NCBI RefSeq assembly: GCF_009834535.1
Contig: NC_045696.1
Span: forward strand, 85,314,001 to 85,378,000
Direction of reading: 5' to 3'
Source of the DNA: Camelus ferus
Lineage: Eukaryota
DNA length: 64,000 nucleotides
Shown here: positions 14,341-28,210 of the stretch, in pieces
Position numbering within the stretch: position 1 is the first letter of the stretch
How the letters are laid out: each line of letters opens with the position of its first letter
Position numbers and translations under genes: made by a program
The notes under the pieces: model-generated
Databases searched by the model: none
What the model was told of the DNA's origin: nothing
What the model saw: the letters and a program-made list of their open reading frames with translations, nothing else

Positions 14341-15109
14341 ACTTTGCTTCCCTAAGTATGTATTTCTTAACTTCCTACGAAAATGGGATGATATTAGGGT
14401 CTTTGCCACAGTGCCTTACAATTTGATATGTATTTTTCTTCACAGTACATACTTTGGTTAAATATACAGTAAAATGCATAGATAATACTTATAAATATAT
14501 TCAGTAATGAAAAACAAAAAGCATTAACTATATTTATGCTATATCTAATAATATGTAAACAATTATGTATGCAAATGGACAAGGGCTGAAACATGGATAA
14601 GCAAAAACAATATAATGGCTGGGGTAATTTTTTCCCCCTTTCTTTCCTTTCAGTTAAAGTTAGTGTTCTTCGTAAATACTTTTTAACGTTTGATCAGGAG
14701 GAGCTGAAACAAGAAAGGTCCTTGGGGTTTCATACTTTGTCTTTTGCAAGTTAGTAATTAATCTTTCATGGGCAATGATCATTAGAACACTTGAACAATT
14801 GGGAGTGTTAAAGTGAACCAGAGAAAGACTATTGCGTGCTGTACATTCTGTTTCACTTTGTTCTTTTTAATTTTGTCCTGTAGTAATAAGCAGTTGATAT
14901 TTTAGTGGGTGTTTAGGAGGCTTATTCAAAGCACTTAGCTCTTAAAAGTTTTGTTGATAAATTATTTATTAGTATCAGCAAATCGAAGGCTTTCTGACTA
15001 TATAAGTCAAATATATTTCCTCTTCTTTACTGGTTTGGAAAAAAAACTGTGATCTCAAGGGTCCCCAGGATCTGCCTTTCCCATCATCTATGGATGAAAG
15101 ATGTTATTA

Positions 15110-15462
15110 CTTATCACTGTTCACCAGTATCTGACTCCCATCACCTTTCAGAACCTGGGCGGTTATACACTCTCTCCTTGAGGTGACATATAGCCATGTA
15201 ACTGATTCTGGCCAATGATCTATAGGTGAAACCCATGTACCTCACTTCCAGACTGGAAAACTCAACCATGGAAGACCCTGCAGCTTTACTTCCCCTGTGG
15301 TGGTGAACAGGAAAGAGCCTCCACCAAGTGCCTCTGATGCGTGGAGCCCCCGGCAGCCCTACTGGTCACGTTCACCAAGTGAGAAATGAGCCTTCTTGTA
15401 TTTAACCACTGAGAGTATGGGGCTGTTTGTGCCTATAGTATAACCCACCCTATCCTGATATG
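15110..15462 (+). mobile_element. MLT1-type MaLR LTR
   Basis: gccatgtaactgattctggccaatga...tcacttcc; gtgagaaatgagccttcttgtatttaaccactgagag...taacccaccctatcctgata. Confidence 0.8.
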
Positions 15463-15879
15463 AATCTTAACATATAAATTAACAACTATGTTGAAGTTGA
15501 AGTTTGTACAACCTGAGGGGACCATGTTTGCTTTTCTGCATATTAGGTGCTATCTATAGCAATTGCTAAATCTGAGTTGCATTTTTATTTTTTTCAAAGG
15601 AAGAATCATGAATGCTAGAATTTTAAATAGATTCATGAATTCCCCTTGTTATACAATCTTGACCTCTACTTTCATTAAAATTCACTGATTATTTTCTTGG
15701 TACAGAATTGTATTATACAACAAGCTTAAGCAGAAAATGTCAGCCATGATTTGCATTTTTAATCTTAATATTTTTCCTACGTGTTTAAATGTTATTAACA
15801 TAGAATTAGCAACAGGGTCAGTTCTAGTTTTAAATTGCTGTATTTATATAAGTGTATATATATATTATATACATTTGTA

Positions 15880-16620
15880 TGTAATCCAGGTCTAGTTAAC
15901 ATAATAATAAACTTAACTAGACTTAAGTGTTCAGTTTGCTGAGTTCTAACAATTGTATAACTGTGTGATCACCATACAAAACAAGATAAAGATCTCACAC
16001 ACACAGCTCTCGAAGAACCAACCTTTTAGGTTTCACTCTAGTCCCCAGAACTATGAGACAATAGATTTCTGTTGTTTAAACCTCCACTTTGCAGTATTTT
16101 GTTTTGACAGTCCTAGCAAACTAGTATAACTCCCATCTGCAGTATTTGAGAGTTCCAACTGGCCCACATGCTTGATAACATTTGGTATTTTTAGTTTTTT
16201 GCTTTTGGCCTTCAGTTAGCCTTTCTGGAGTGTGAATAGTGTCTTGTTGCTTTATTTTACGTATCCTCAGTGACTATTAATAAAAATGTTGACCATCTTT
16301 TATATATTTATTGGCCATTCACTACCCTTTTGTGAAGTGTCTCTTCAAGTCTTTTTCGATTTTCATTGAGTTATCCATACTTACATTTTATCTGAAGAAT
16401 TATGTGCATATTCTGGATATTCTGGATACATATTCCAGTCCTTTTCGCAATCTATATATTCTGAATATATTTCACAGTGTGTGGATGATAATCTTTAAGT
16501 TGTCTTTTGTTGAGAAAATATTTTAAATGTTGATGAAATATTTATAATTTATAGATTTATTGAAGATTATACTATAATTTTGTTCTCTTAGTGTTAGCGC
16601 TTCTTATGGTCTGTCCAATA
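15880..16620 (-). mobile_element. Old L1ME/L1MC 3' region
   Basis: gttgaccatcttttatatatttattggccattcactacccttttgtgaagtgtctcttcaagtcttt. Confidence 0.7.
16005..16128 (+). mobile_element. MLT1 3' fragment nested in an L1ME
   Basis: ccccagaactatgagacaatagatttctgttgtttaaacc...cagtcctagcaaactagtata. Confidence 0.8.
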
Positions 16621-17792
16621 ATTTATCTTTTAAATACATCAAATTTAACATACATTTTCCTAATATTATATGCCTCTTTCTGCAAGACTGGGAGGTAAGT
16701 TAGATGGGGCCTCTGCCAAGCCAAATGCTATCTCAATAAAGGTTAGTATTAAGATGTGCCAGAAATTTAAAATGTAGATACATTTTTTTATTTCTTGAGA
16801 AACTACTTTATGTCCAATTTACTTTATACTTTCTTTTCAGAGTAAATTTAATCTTAAAAGTTTAATGCCAAGATTAATCTCAAGAACGTACTTCAAAATC
16901 ACTGAAACTATGGATGGATTTCTATTTTTTTTTACTAGAAAGCAGAAAGTTTATTCTTTAAAGGAAATCAACCCCATCTTTCTTATGTAAAGTTTTCAAA
17001 GAATTTGTCATATTTTAGCAACTAGGATAATGAGAAAGATATTTTTTCATATAAGTACAAATTCATAAGTATAAAATTTTAATGATATTTATAAGTATAA
17101 AAATTTTACTATGAAAATGTTTTAACTGTAATATAGGAAGAAAAAAACGCAGGTTTCAAAGCCTGAATTATTTTTCATCACAATTTATTTAATTGTATTT
17201 TCTCACTAGCATGTACAAGTAAGCAGTCCCAGAACATTTCAAAAAGATAGTGGTAAAAAGATAGATGTATCTAAAATCTAAATAATGTCACAGATCTCAG
17301 GCAAATAAAGATAAGTCATAATACGCAACTTGTTGGATAACGATTTCTGCAAACTCATTGACACCACTAAGTGGTCATTGTTTTGCTACATGAAGTTCTC
17401 TTCTTTATTTTGTTGATTCATGTTCACTCGTGTGATTCATATTGGGAGGCATAAAATCTCTCTAAAAAGCAAATGTGGCATTAGCTCTGGACTTTGCCAT
17501 CACTTCTAGTCACTGAAAGCATCAAATTTGATGCCTAGGAAAAAAAGCTCCCATAAATATTTCCTACTTTAGCGTCACCAGTAGATTAATTCCCTTTTGA
17601 ATATAGTTAATCAGCATAGGTACCTAATTTCTACCATAAATAATATGCTTACAAATTTTTTCTGCAAAAACTCTCCCCTACGTCCTTACCTCCTATACTT
17701 ATCTTAGCCTTGGCAGTCTTCAGATGATTTTGTTCTCTAAGCCCATTTTCTTCTAAATAGTCTCAGGCTGTTTGTGGAAGAGGCAGCACACC

Positions 17793-18360
17793 TGTATTAG
17801 CCTGGGCTGCCCAGAAAGCACAATCTGAAGCATGGGCTCCCACTTTATTAGGGAGTGCAAACCTATGGAGGCAGAGTTAGGGGAAAAGTGAGTGAAGCAG
17901 GAGAAGAGGGTGAATCAGTCCAAGAGTGCATTGCAAAGTTACATGCACTTGTTATACGCACAACTGCTTGCTTGATCTCATGGGAATATCTTCCAAAAAA
18001 CAGAAAGACCATGATTGAAATGACAGTTGGGAAGAAAGTGAGAATAATTTGTTCTCCAATCTGGCATTCTATTGTCAGGGATTTATAGGCGGGGCATTAA
18101 TTCCCCCTCACTTACAAGTTGTAGTCACTAAGCCTGTCCCCTAATATCTCATACTTCAGTAACACTAGGTAAGTACCAGGACAGGGAATAAGAGGTGTGT
18201 GTTGTGGACATCGTGTGTTTTGAATGTGTGATACTTTTTGAAGATCACCCAGAGTCACTTAATGAGCAACACTGGCAAGACTGGGAACAGTGGCTGAAAG
18301 CACCAGAAAGAAACATGTGATGCAGAATGGATAGAAAGTAGCACAGATGAGGTATCTGAT
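17793..18360 (-). mobile_element. Old ERVL LTR (LTR16/LTR33-like)
   Basis: tgtattagcctgggctgcccagaaagcacaatctgaag...actttattagggagtgc. Confidence 0.55.
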
Positions 18361-18714
18361 ATGGTAGCTAAGCCAAATAGGGTTTTAAAAGGAAATGAAA
18401 TATAATTATTTCAAATGCATGAAAAGCTGTGAGGTTTATCTCTTCTAGGTTATATTTTTAACAGTAACTCCTGAAATTCTCTTAGACTAATTTCTCTTCC
18501 AAATTGGGATTGTGTGTTTGTCCTCAAAGAATTCATTTCATCAAAAAGTTTGAAGAAAAAGTTTGAAAACACAAACACATGAATTCAATAAATCCCCTGG
18601 TAATAACTACCTTTAGCCAAATCCAGGAAAGTCTAACTTGGTTTGTGTGTTCTGACACGAATCAATCTGATTATAATAATTATATAACATTTATATATAT
18701 ATATATATAAATGT

Positions 18715-19250
18715 TGTGGAGCAGTTGACAGTTTTTGGTGATATAGACCATGAGGAAGCAAGCAAACTCCAAGGAGGCAGTGAGATAATTAGAAGACAAG
18801 GTAGCTCCAAAGATAGGTAAATCCTAGAGTAGAGCTGGGTTTGGGAGAAGATTGTTAGGTTTTAGGCATTTTCGCTTTGAACCTGCAGGAGAGAATCTGG
18901 ATATAAGTATCCTGAAGGGAAATAGAAACAAAAGACTAAATCTACAGAGATACCTGTATTAGAGATGTGAACTAAGTACCATCCACGTATGTAATAGTTG
19001 AGGCTGAGAAGGTGAGGGCTGTCTCTACTGGAGAGGTGAAAGAAAGGGAAAGAGAAGAACTTAAGAAGCGTCTTTATTTGGGGGATAGAAAGAAGAGGAA
19101 ATTCAGTAACAACTTAAAAAAATGTAAGTAAAAAGGTAGTTAACTCTAACAGAATTGCTTCATAAAGCTGAATGAAGAAGGATTTCAGGGATGAAACGGT
19201 AATCACTTAGGAATAGTGTTATTGTGTTAAAGAACTTTGTATAAGCGATA
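18715..19250 (-). mobile_element. L2 remnant
   Basis: ttaggttttaggcattttcgctttga...gtaatagttgaggctgagaagg. Confidence 0.5.
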
Positions 19251-19364
19251 TAATGATGCTATTCATAGTTTTATGTTACCCGGGATCAGAACAAACTTTC
19301 TACTTTGAAGTTCTCATCAATTGTGCATATCTTAATAGAAGACACTGTTACATCAGAAGATGCC

Positions 19365-19735
19365 AGTTAAACCTTCTCCTTGCTCTGTGGCTGACTAGAG
19401 TGTGAAAACTAGGTCTCTGATAATTAAATGCTCACACCTCCAGGTCTGAACCTTGAAAAGCTGACCAAATGATATGGGTATTTGGAGACTTTTCCATGCA
19501 GCACTGGCAATCAGGGCCATGAGAGCTCAGGGGTGGAGACAGTGGTAAGTATCCAGTGGAATTAGTGTCCGCAGCAAAATCCTAACTAGACTGTCCCTGG
19601 GCCATGATGCTGGTTCTTTCTTGTCACTAGATGTTCTTGGTAGTTGCCCAACTTCTGAGCCTGCCTTTCCAGGCTTCTGTTGATTTATAAATTACCACAT
19701 GTGCTTCCAGCAATTTATTTTTCTGCTTGAGTTTT
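19365..19735 (+). mobile_element. Old ERVL LTR (LTR33/LTR41-like)
   Basis: 3' part ccaggcttctgttgatttataaattacc...cttccagcaatttatttttctgcttga. Confidence 0.5.
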
Positions 19736-19768
19736 TAAAAAACACACTGGAAATGTCTGCAGTCATTC

Positions 19769-20141
19769 TGTTGAGACAAGATGGACCCCCATCTAAGATT
19801 CGATTCTTGTGTCAAAACTGATGACACCACAAACACACTCACCAAGAGGGTATGAAAAATTTTATTTACTCATTAAGAAGTCAGCAGAGGAGAGCAGTGC
19901 TGGCTCCTGACCTGGTCAAAAAATGACTTCAGAGATCTAGGAAAGGAGACTGGCTTGATTTTTATGGTGATTAGGTGTGCTTAGCTTGATGACGGTTCTC
20001 AAGTGTTCTGTGACCCTCAGTTGCATGAGTTCATCCTGCAGATGCCAAAGGAGGTGGTGTTGGGGCTATATCAGCTTGCCTAGACGTGGGGCAGGAGGGG
20101 AAGGGGAGTGATGGGGCTTTAAAGCTATTAGCAGTCAAACA
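19769..20141 (-). mobile_element. MER76-like ERVL LTR
   Basis: Minus strand begins tgtttgactgctaatagctttaaagcccca and ends gggggtccatcttgtctcaaca. No TSD is preserved. Confidence 0.65.
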
Positions 20142-20164
20142 GAAACTTGAAAAAAAATGAGGAA

Positions 20165-20295
20165 ACCTCTCAAAGAATCAGTTTCTCCATCTAAAATGAG
20201 AATAACAATAGTAGTTAAAAATATTGTTTGGAGGAACAAATGTGATCTAACATTTGGCTCAGAATAAGAATTCCCTAAATAGCAACTGTTATTAT
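20165..20295 (+). mobile_element. MIR SINE
   Basis: tcagtttctccatctaaaatgagaataacaatagtag. Confidence 0.6.
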
Positions 20296-21867
20296 TCTAC
20301 CCACCAAATGGAGCCAGCTCCCCCGTGCATGAACAAGACTGCAGAGCTCACTGAAGATACTGCAGGGGTGTGTGACCAGGTTTCATGGTGCTGTAACTCC
20401 AAGTGCCTATTTCATAGCTTCCTCTTCTTCACTAAGATCTTTTCTCAGCAAGTCATCTGTCTCCTTTCTTTCCCTCTACTATCTAATAATCCCATGAATT
20501 GATTATTAAAAATTAGCTCTTACCCTTCATTCCAATACACTGATCAGTCAAATAAAAGCCCAGAGATCATCACTGTACTGAGCATTTGTTATCCTTTCAC
20601 ATGCTAATGGGAGAGGGTCTTATGTGCTGCCACACCACTAATAACTAACTGTATTATTAACTTAACAGAGCGTGTGTCTGTCCAAAAGGGGGATATGCCT
20701 CCTAAGAAAATGAATATATCTAAAAAGAGTGCTACATAGGAATTATTATACTTGCCCCATGAGCTTGTGGAGAGAATTTAACTAGGTAACTTTTTTTTTA
20801 AGAAAAAAAACCTCACTGTAATGACTTGCTCATAATAGGTGAAAAACGTGTATTAGTCATTCATATTAGTTATTCACATTTATGCTATAAGAATCTACTC
20901 CATATTTCTCAGGATAGTATTTAATCTTATGATGGATCTCACATTTTAAAATCTTATTTGTTAAAAATTATTTCTTATTGATAAAGCTAGTTTATTTAAA
21001 TTTAAATGCCAGATCAAACTTTATGCAATTGAAGGCAAAGTAAAAAACAATAATTCCTTTAACACCATAGCAGGGCAACTCTGAAATGATAAAATATACT
21101 ATTTTTCCAGACTTTTAAAACCTTCATTAGTGTTTCAACTTTTCTTCTTCTCTTGAGACCTATGAAATATAAATTAACTTGGAAGACTGAGAAAATTCAG
21201 TGCTTTTACACCATGCAAAATATTCCAAGATTATGAAGTGTTTGGTTTATTTCTTTGTCCAACATATTGTTTTTATGCTTTTCAGAGGCTTTAAGTAAAA
21301 ACTGCAAGCAACATTTTTAGTTTGTTAGCCTTTAACTGTTTTGAAGGCTCTTTGCTTATTTACTGTTTTGAAAAACTGAACAATGTTCCATGAATGGGCA
21401 AAATTTAAAAAAAAATGATAACCTCCTTCCCCAACAAAACAAAAAATGTTAGGTTTGCACATTCCCTTTCTGGAGGTTTACAAATCTCTACTCTTAGCAA
21501 TGTTGCAACTGAAGAATTCTAAATAAAATCCTATAGTCCCTTTCTCTCTCAAATTCTTAAGGTGGGCCTGGGCTAACTGGCAGAGAAGAAGGCAGCAAAG
21601 ATTGTTGCATTGATAACATTCAAAAATACACTATCTCATCCACTTCAGAAAGGAAAAAGGAAAGGGCCAGGTTATTTTTCAAGGAAATACTATTGCTATT
21701 GGCACACAAGTCCCTTGGATCAAAGCAGGAGTGCACACGCAGAAATGGTAAAGCTTTGACAAAGGTGGGTAAAGGACAAGTTTCAGGGACGATTTCACCC
21801 TGAAACCTACTTCTTGAACATACACCCAATACTCTAATGCTACATTTCTGCATCCAGTAAGATTTCT

Positions 21868-21949
21868 ACATTTTTTGGTCAAAGGAAGTGTATTATGCTT
21901 AGGATATATATATCCTAAGCATAATACACTTCCTTTGACCAAAAAATGT
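21868..21949. repeat. Perfect 82-bp palindrome (41-bp arms, no spacer, centred on (AT)5)
   Basis: acattttttggtcaaaggaagtgtattatgcttaggatata|tatatcctaagcataatacacttcctttgaccaaaaaatgt. Every base pairs about 21908/21909. Confidence 0.98.
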
Positions 21950-22599
21950 GTGTATTCTAAGCCTGGTTAAGTCTAGGCTGAAAGTTAAAAATCTATAAAT
22001 ACAGGTACACCAAACAAATACACGACTTACTGAACAATCAACAGTGCAACAACAAGTGCATATAAATACATTAACACAGCACAGAAGGAATGTGTGAGTC
22101 ACTGCCAAGTGCTGAAGCAAAGAGTTTCAGACGCAGAAGTTACTCAGTAAATATTTGTTGAATTGAATTGCATGGATATATTCTTAAATTGCTTTGATCC
22201 TGGTTTGGAAAGTGAGATCAGTTTCTTTACGAATAGGACAGGGGAGCAAGTCTTGAGGGGATTAGTATGGGACCAAAAGAGCTGCTGATTTTTCAATGAG
22301 TCTGAGTGAAAAAAAAACTTAACAAATCCTAGGCTAAATGTGACAATAGTCAAAAGAAGGAAATCGTCTCTTAATTCTGGGATGGCTTTTAGGCTAAAAG
22401 ACTACTGCGATATAAAACAATGTCCCTTTCACCAAGAAGTCACCATGCTTATAGCAGAATCACGGACTATGCACATCAGCCAAAAAGTGCCTGCTTCATG
22501 CTGTAGGGACCCATTGTGCTTATTGAAATGGACATTCCAAGTTCTATTTCACACATCCTGCATTATGTAGCAGCAATGAAGTTTTGGGAATTGGTTCTG

Positions 22600-22960
22600 T
22601 TCTACCCAGTAGTGTGACTTGATTAGTCTATTCTTTCCTCTTCCTGTATTTGGCTCAGACATATACAGATTTAAGCCATCTTCAAGCAACAAAATGTATA
22701 GAGACATTTGCCAGTGGAGCCATGGTAATTTGTTACAGTTACAGTTTATCTCCCCTCCTAAATGTGAACGTGGGAGCGTGCTGACTGACGTGCTGCAATA
22801 GCCATCCTGCAACCATAAAGGAAGTTACCCAACGATAAAGCTAACACGAGGAGGAAGGTGAAGTCAAGAGAATCTCAAAGAAATGAAGTCAGAGTCATAA
22901 TTATGTGATCCAATAAAGTTCCTGTGATTTAGGCCAGTTTGAGGGGAGACTGCTATACAC
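22600..22960 (+). mobile_element. Old MLT1 LTR
   Basis: gctgcaatagccatcctgcaaccataaaggaag...aggccagtttgag. Confidence 0.45.
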
Positions 22961-25236
22961 AGAAGAAATCATCGTGATTCAGGATGCTAACAGGAGCTCC
23001 TCCTCTGAGAGGCCAGTGTTCAGGACCACACGAAGAGTTGGGCAGGACTTGGAAGAACTGAGCTGAGCCCAGCCTTTAATTTGCTACCTGTAAGACCTGA
23101 ATCAGTCACTTCATTTCCTGAACTTTGAATTTCTTGTCTGCTAAATGTGGTGAGAACACTACTTACCATGAAAGAGATAATTAAGTAGTTTGCATCTAAC
23201 AACAATGATTTTCAAAATTTAAAACATTAAACAGACATAAGTTCTTTTTGTCAGGCATGGCTACATTTGCAGCCTTTGAATGCTGACTTTCTCCACATCT
23301 AAGTCCACTAGGCACCCAGGTCTAGAAAAAGCTCTTTCCAATCTCTGCCATCAGTAGAATATGCCTGGCCCTAAAAAGAAGCAAGATGGCAATCTATAGT
23401 TTAGAAGGAATAAAGTGGGAGAGAATTTAGCCTGAAAAAATGATTTAATTATCAAGATTAAATTGTCATAAGATGTATGACAAAACCAAGATAGATGTTT
23501 TCCCTAGGGAATAAAGGATCTGTCCATGGGGCTTGTATGCTGCCCGCCATGAGGCATGCACTCTTGGGCCTGTTCGGTTCCCATCATGCCCTGTTGTCTT
23601 GTAACCTCACAATTTCACTCAAATATATTGGTTTTGGCTCTATAGGATTTAATTTTGGTACCTCATTTCAACCCAATAGGGACTAATGCTAAAAATCAGC
23701 AACTTATATGCTAAATAGTTTGTTCTTTATAATCCTGTTCTTTATGTCTTGATTCTGATTGCTGGACTTTTGCTCTCCACCCACAACCCCATTCCCACCT
23801 AACACTCTAGTTTCTTGGATAGTGTTCCTGACACCTGACCTCAAGTTTCTACCATGGTAATCTGCCATAGGCATGTACATTCTAGGCCTTATTATTACTG
23901 ATTCCACCTTCTCCTCCACAGAATGTACGTGTCTCTGAACTTTTTAAAAATCTCCTGACTTTAGATTTCACATACCTGTTGGGATACCCCGCCTCTAACT
24001 TAATGCTGTTATATCGACACATACATCACCGCATAGCAGAGCTGCCTTTCAGAGAAAGAGCTCTACTCACTGCAGTTCCTATTTTCTGCTTATATGAGCA
24101 ACTGACATTCCTTATGCATTTACAACAGTCTCTGTCAGATTTGACTGCAGCCAAACTCTACACAACAAAGTATCTGGAATTTCAAATCACTTGTTTCCAG
24201 TGCTCTCTTTCCAGAATTTCTAAAATCTGTCTCTTACTTGCATTTTTATGTATCTTCATGAGACATAAGTAATTTTCAAAGGTTACATCTATCTAGTGAA
24301 AGTGTTAAGTAGCTCTGCCATTTTGGGGATGAATCACAAATGATGAAACAAAATACTATCATGGTATAAAGCAGAAATATGATGTAAATGTCTAGCTGTT
24401 TCATCTGAAGAAGATGGAGGTCAGAATGACAATATCTTATTTATAGCTTTTCTTGACTTCTGAGAGTTCAATGTAGAGTTTCCTCACAGCATAGGACACT
24501 TACTTCTTCATACTTCATTCTTTCAGTTATTTTGAGTTACGTTAAAATTTGATATACAGTCCAGTATTCTGAATTTAAGAGTGAGAACTGGTTGAAATAA
24601 GGACATTGTTATTCTTTTGAGTGTGTCCCCTATTACTACTTTATTTTTTAAATGTAAACATCACCCTAACTATACACATATTTTTATAAATCTTACATAA
24701 ATCTTACTTATGCTTGATTGCATAAGTGTGATTTCTCTTTACTTTACCTTAGTCCAGACATGAAGCTAGAAGGATAAATTGTGATTCTGAGGATTTTGGA
24801 TTTCTATGTCAGATTTATCATACTCCCACAATCATTTTATAGCTAATTTTTGAACTTCATTATGCAGAGACTTCATGCTTATTAATAATTTATACTGTGT
24901 ATTGTTAGACTACCAGTGAAACTGAAACTAATACTTTTTGTCTTACAGAATTTAGAAAATTTTAACCTAAAAATCAATGAGTCTCAGTGAATTACATAAG
25001 GAGATATTAGAATTAGTATTTGGAAAGTTTGATAAAGGCCATCTTACTACTTGACAAAAGAAAAACATATTGTTTCATCCGTAAAAAAATAATTTGGAGA
25101 ATGTTTGAAACATTTAAACTGATGTTTATATTGATATATAGAACTTAACATTTGCAGAAGTACAGTTTAATAGATACCTGAATTATTATTCTCACTGATA
25201 TAGCTGAAATAATTAGAATATGCAAATAGATAGATA

Positions 25237-25262
25237 TGTGTGTGTGTGTGTGTGTGTGTGTG
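25237..25262 (+). repeat. (TG)13 microsatellite
   Basis: Read directly from the sequence. Confidence 0.95.
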
Positions 25263-25699
25263 TATCTGTGTGTATGTAATTTTTAAGTGAATTGATGAAC
25301 ATTTAGAATAATGGATCCATAGGACCCAGGAACAAAGTGAATACAGGAAACTTAGGAAGTATTTAGAAGTCAAAATCATATCTCTGCCAATACTTGGAAG
25401 CCTTCAGTGTCTAATCTGGGGACGGCACAGGATACTGAAAACTGTATCTAGAGCCTATTCCCAATATTAGAGATATAATAAAATAACCCAACATAAACCT
25501 GAGACTGGCCACAAAGCTGTGGCCTTGAATAGTTATAGTCTCAGTATAAAGATGAGTGAGAAATAAATCCCACTTTGAAGGACATGAACTTGGTATTGAG
25601 TTGATGGAGAAAGATCTTTCCTGGGAATTTGCAAACTCAGTCATCATTTTCAGTGCTTTTTATCCATATTCACACTAACTATGCAGTCTGAAAGACATC

Positions 25700-27900
25700 A
25701 CAGATTTTGATTTAATGTGCCATTTAGTTGACTAGCAGAAACAAGGCAGATGCTCGCTAAAGAAGCTGTACTTCAATCTACTCTTTAAAAAATGCCAAAA
25801 ACTTCTAAGGAAAATGGTGAGGCAAATCACATTCAATTTTTCAAACATTCCATGCAACAATGCCCCATGCATCAAAGCTAACAGAAGAGGCTAGAGAAAA
25901 GTTCACAAAGCTCATATCAAAATCAGAGATAAGATTTACCAGACACAGAGTATAAAGTAACCGTGCTTATTGCTTTGAAAACTAAAAGAGAAAAAAAAAT
26001 GATATGGAACAAGAGGAAACCAGCTTCTCCAAATAACAAAATAGAACTTTTGGAAATATATAATAATTTAAACTAAAAACTCTGTAGATGGATTCAACAG
26101 TGCACAAACCTAGCTAAAATAAAATTAATGAAAAGAAAATAAAGCAAAATCAATTATGCAGAAGGCAATCCAATGAGACAAAACTAAGGAAAATAAGAAA
26201 GGCTTCATTATTAAAGGCTTCAAGTGTTATCAAGGAGTTTAATATAACATATATATATTTTTGGAGTTGCAGAAGGCTATAACAGAGAGAATACATCAAA
26301 CAACAGTAAAAAAAATTTTGAGATAGTAATTGCTTAAATGTTCCTATAAATGTGAAAAAGGAAACCCTCCACAAATCCTTACATCTAAAAAGTCATCAAA
26401 ATTGCTTGTGAGATAAATGAAAATATTCCCCGCCTAGAAACATCATAGTGTGACTGCAGAGCGCACAATTAAAAAATAAAGCTTTTCTGAGAGAGAAAGT
26501 GAGGGAAAGATTTTAAAAGTAACCAGAGACAAACAGTAAATTATCTAGGATAAAACAACTAGACTGATTTCTCATTCTCAACAGCAACAATAGAAACCAG
26601 AATACAATGGAATCCTTGTTCTATGATTCCAAACAAACCAAAAGGTCTATCACATTGTTCTATGTGATGATAGCACAATTCTTAACATAAAATTCTATGC
26701 ATAGTTATGAGGGGGTCACTGAAATGAATTGTCAAAATCCCTCTTCAGGAATAAAAGATTTATTACACCAGCTCTTGAGAGTGCATGAAGAAGACAGCTC
26801 TGAACTCCTGGTCCCCTTTGGGAGTTGTGTCAGCTGTGGAATGCTGCTTTACTGAGGTCACAACTTCTTTCTCATGAGGACCATAGCCAATGACTAGTCA
26901 ATGCCAAGGTTCAAAAGTTTGTATCCCACTAACTAGAAATAGCTGTGAAGGTACATTCCATCATCTGAACTTCTGTAAGGTTGTAAGCTTGACTTCTCCC
27001 ATTCCTCAATCCCATTTTCTTCCCGTTCCTTCCACAGGTGTTAACTCCAAAATTCCTAATAATACTACTGCATGCTTATCTGTATAACAGAGTTTGTTTC
27101 TTGGCTAACTCAACTTCTGACAGTAGTGCATTGCATTTCAAGAAAGAGAATGAAATAAAAACCCTTCTCAGAAGATTAAACTGCACCACCAAAGGACATA
27201 TATAAAGGAAATTCTAAGAAAGCATTTAGGAAGAGGAAGAGTGTTCTCAGATAAAAGACTGAAAATCTGAAAATGAGACATGACTGTAAATATTGTAAAT
27301 AATAGGGTGAAAATGACCTAGTATTTATAGTATAAATTAATGTTAACAATGTCTAATTATTGGTTTGAAAACAGACCAGAATTATAATACTGAACAACAG
27401 AATAAAAGTTAGAGGGAGAATCATTGTAATTATTTCATTCATTGTATATGATATTAAATTATATTTTTATTGTTCAAGATGCTGATTAACTTTACATAGT
27501 GATTAACTTTATATATTAAGTTAATATTGCTATTCAAATCATTATTAAAGTTATAGACATGAAAAACATAATGCTCTTGAAAAGAATGATGGGGGAAATA
27601 TAATGAACAAAAAAATAGTACCTTGAAAATCAAAACAAAGGATCAAAATGAAGAAGAAACAAAAGAACAAAAATAATTGTAAGAATCTAATATATAGTAG
27701 AAATAAGTACCAATGTACCTAAAATACCACAATTAATTCAATAAACCTTCCAGGTCAAAGACTATTAAAGTGGATTTCAAGAAATATAAGGAAATTGAAA
27801 GAATTAAAGTCAAATGAATAGTGAGCTATACCAAACAAATATCACCAAATGAAGGGTTATGTACCTATAATAAGTCAAACAGGTTTTAGGAAAAGCTTTG
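25700..27900 (+). mobile_element. Old L1ME-type 5'/ORF1/inter-ORF remnant, interrupted by an LTR16-like element
   Basis: aaaactctgtagatggattcaacag; ctagaaacatcatagtgtgactgcag; gactgatttctc..caacagcaacaatagaaaccagaatacaatggaat. Confidence 0.7.
26708..27122 (+). mobile_element. LTR16-like ERVL LTR
   Basis: Starts TG and ends ...acttctgaCA. Internal ccatagccaatgact and ccttccacaggtgttaactcc are typical of LTR16. Confidence 0.7.
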
Positions 27901-27924
27901 CCCGAAAAAGAGGGTGGCCTCCTA

Positions 27925-28210
27925 AAATGAGTTTGGAAGAGTCCCCTCCTTTTCCATTTTTTGGAGGAGTTTGAGAAGGATATGTATTAATTCTTTTCTG
28001 AATGCTTGCTGGAATTCACCAGTGAAGATGTCTGGTCCAATCTCTTCACTAATAATCTGTCTGTTTAGAATTTCTATTTCATCATGATTTATTCTTGGTA
28101 AATATAGTTTTTTAAGACATCAGGTTGTCTTTCAAAATGGCTATTCCAACCAGCACTGAATGAGAGTTCCTATTGCTTCACATCCTTACTAGAATTTGGT
28201 ATTATCAATA
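27925..28210 (-). mobile_element. L1 ORF2 fragments
   Basis: aaaatgagtttggaagagtcccctcc...ttttggaggagtttgagaaggat...gaattcaccagtgaag. Confidence 0.75.
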
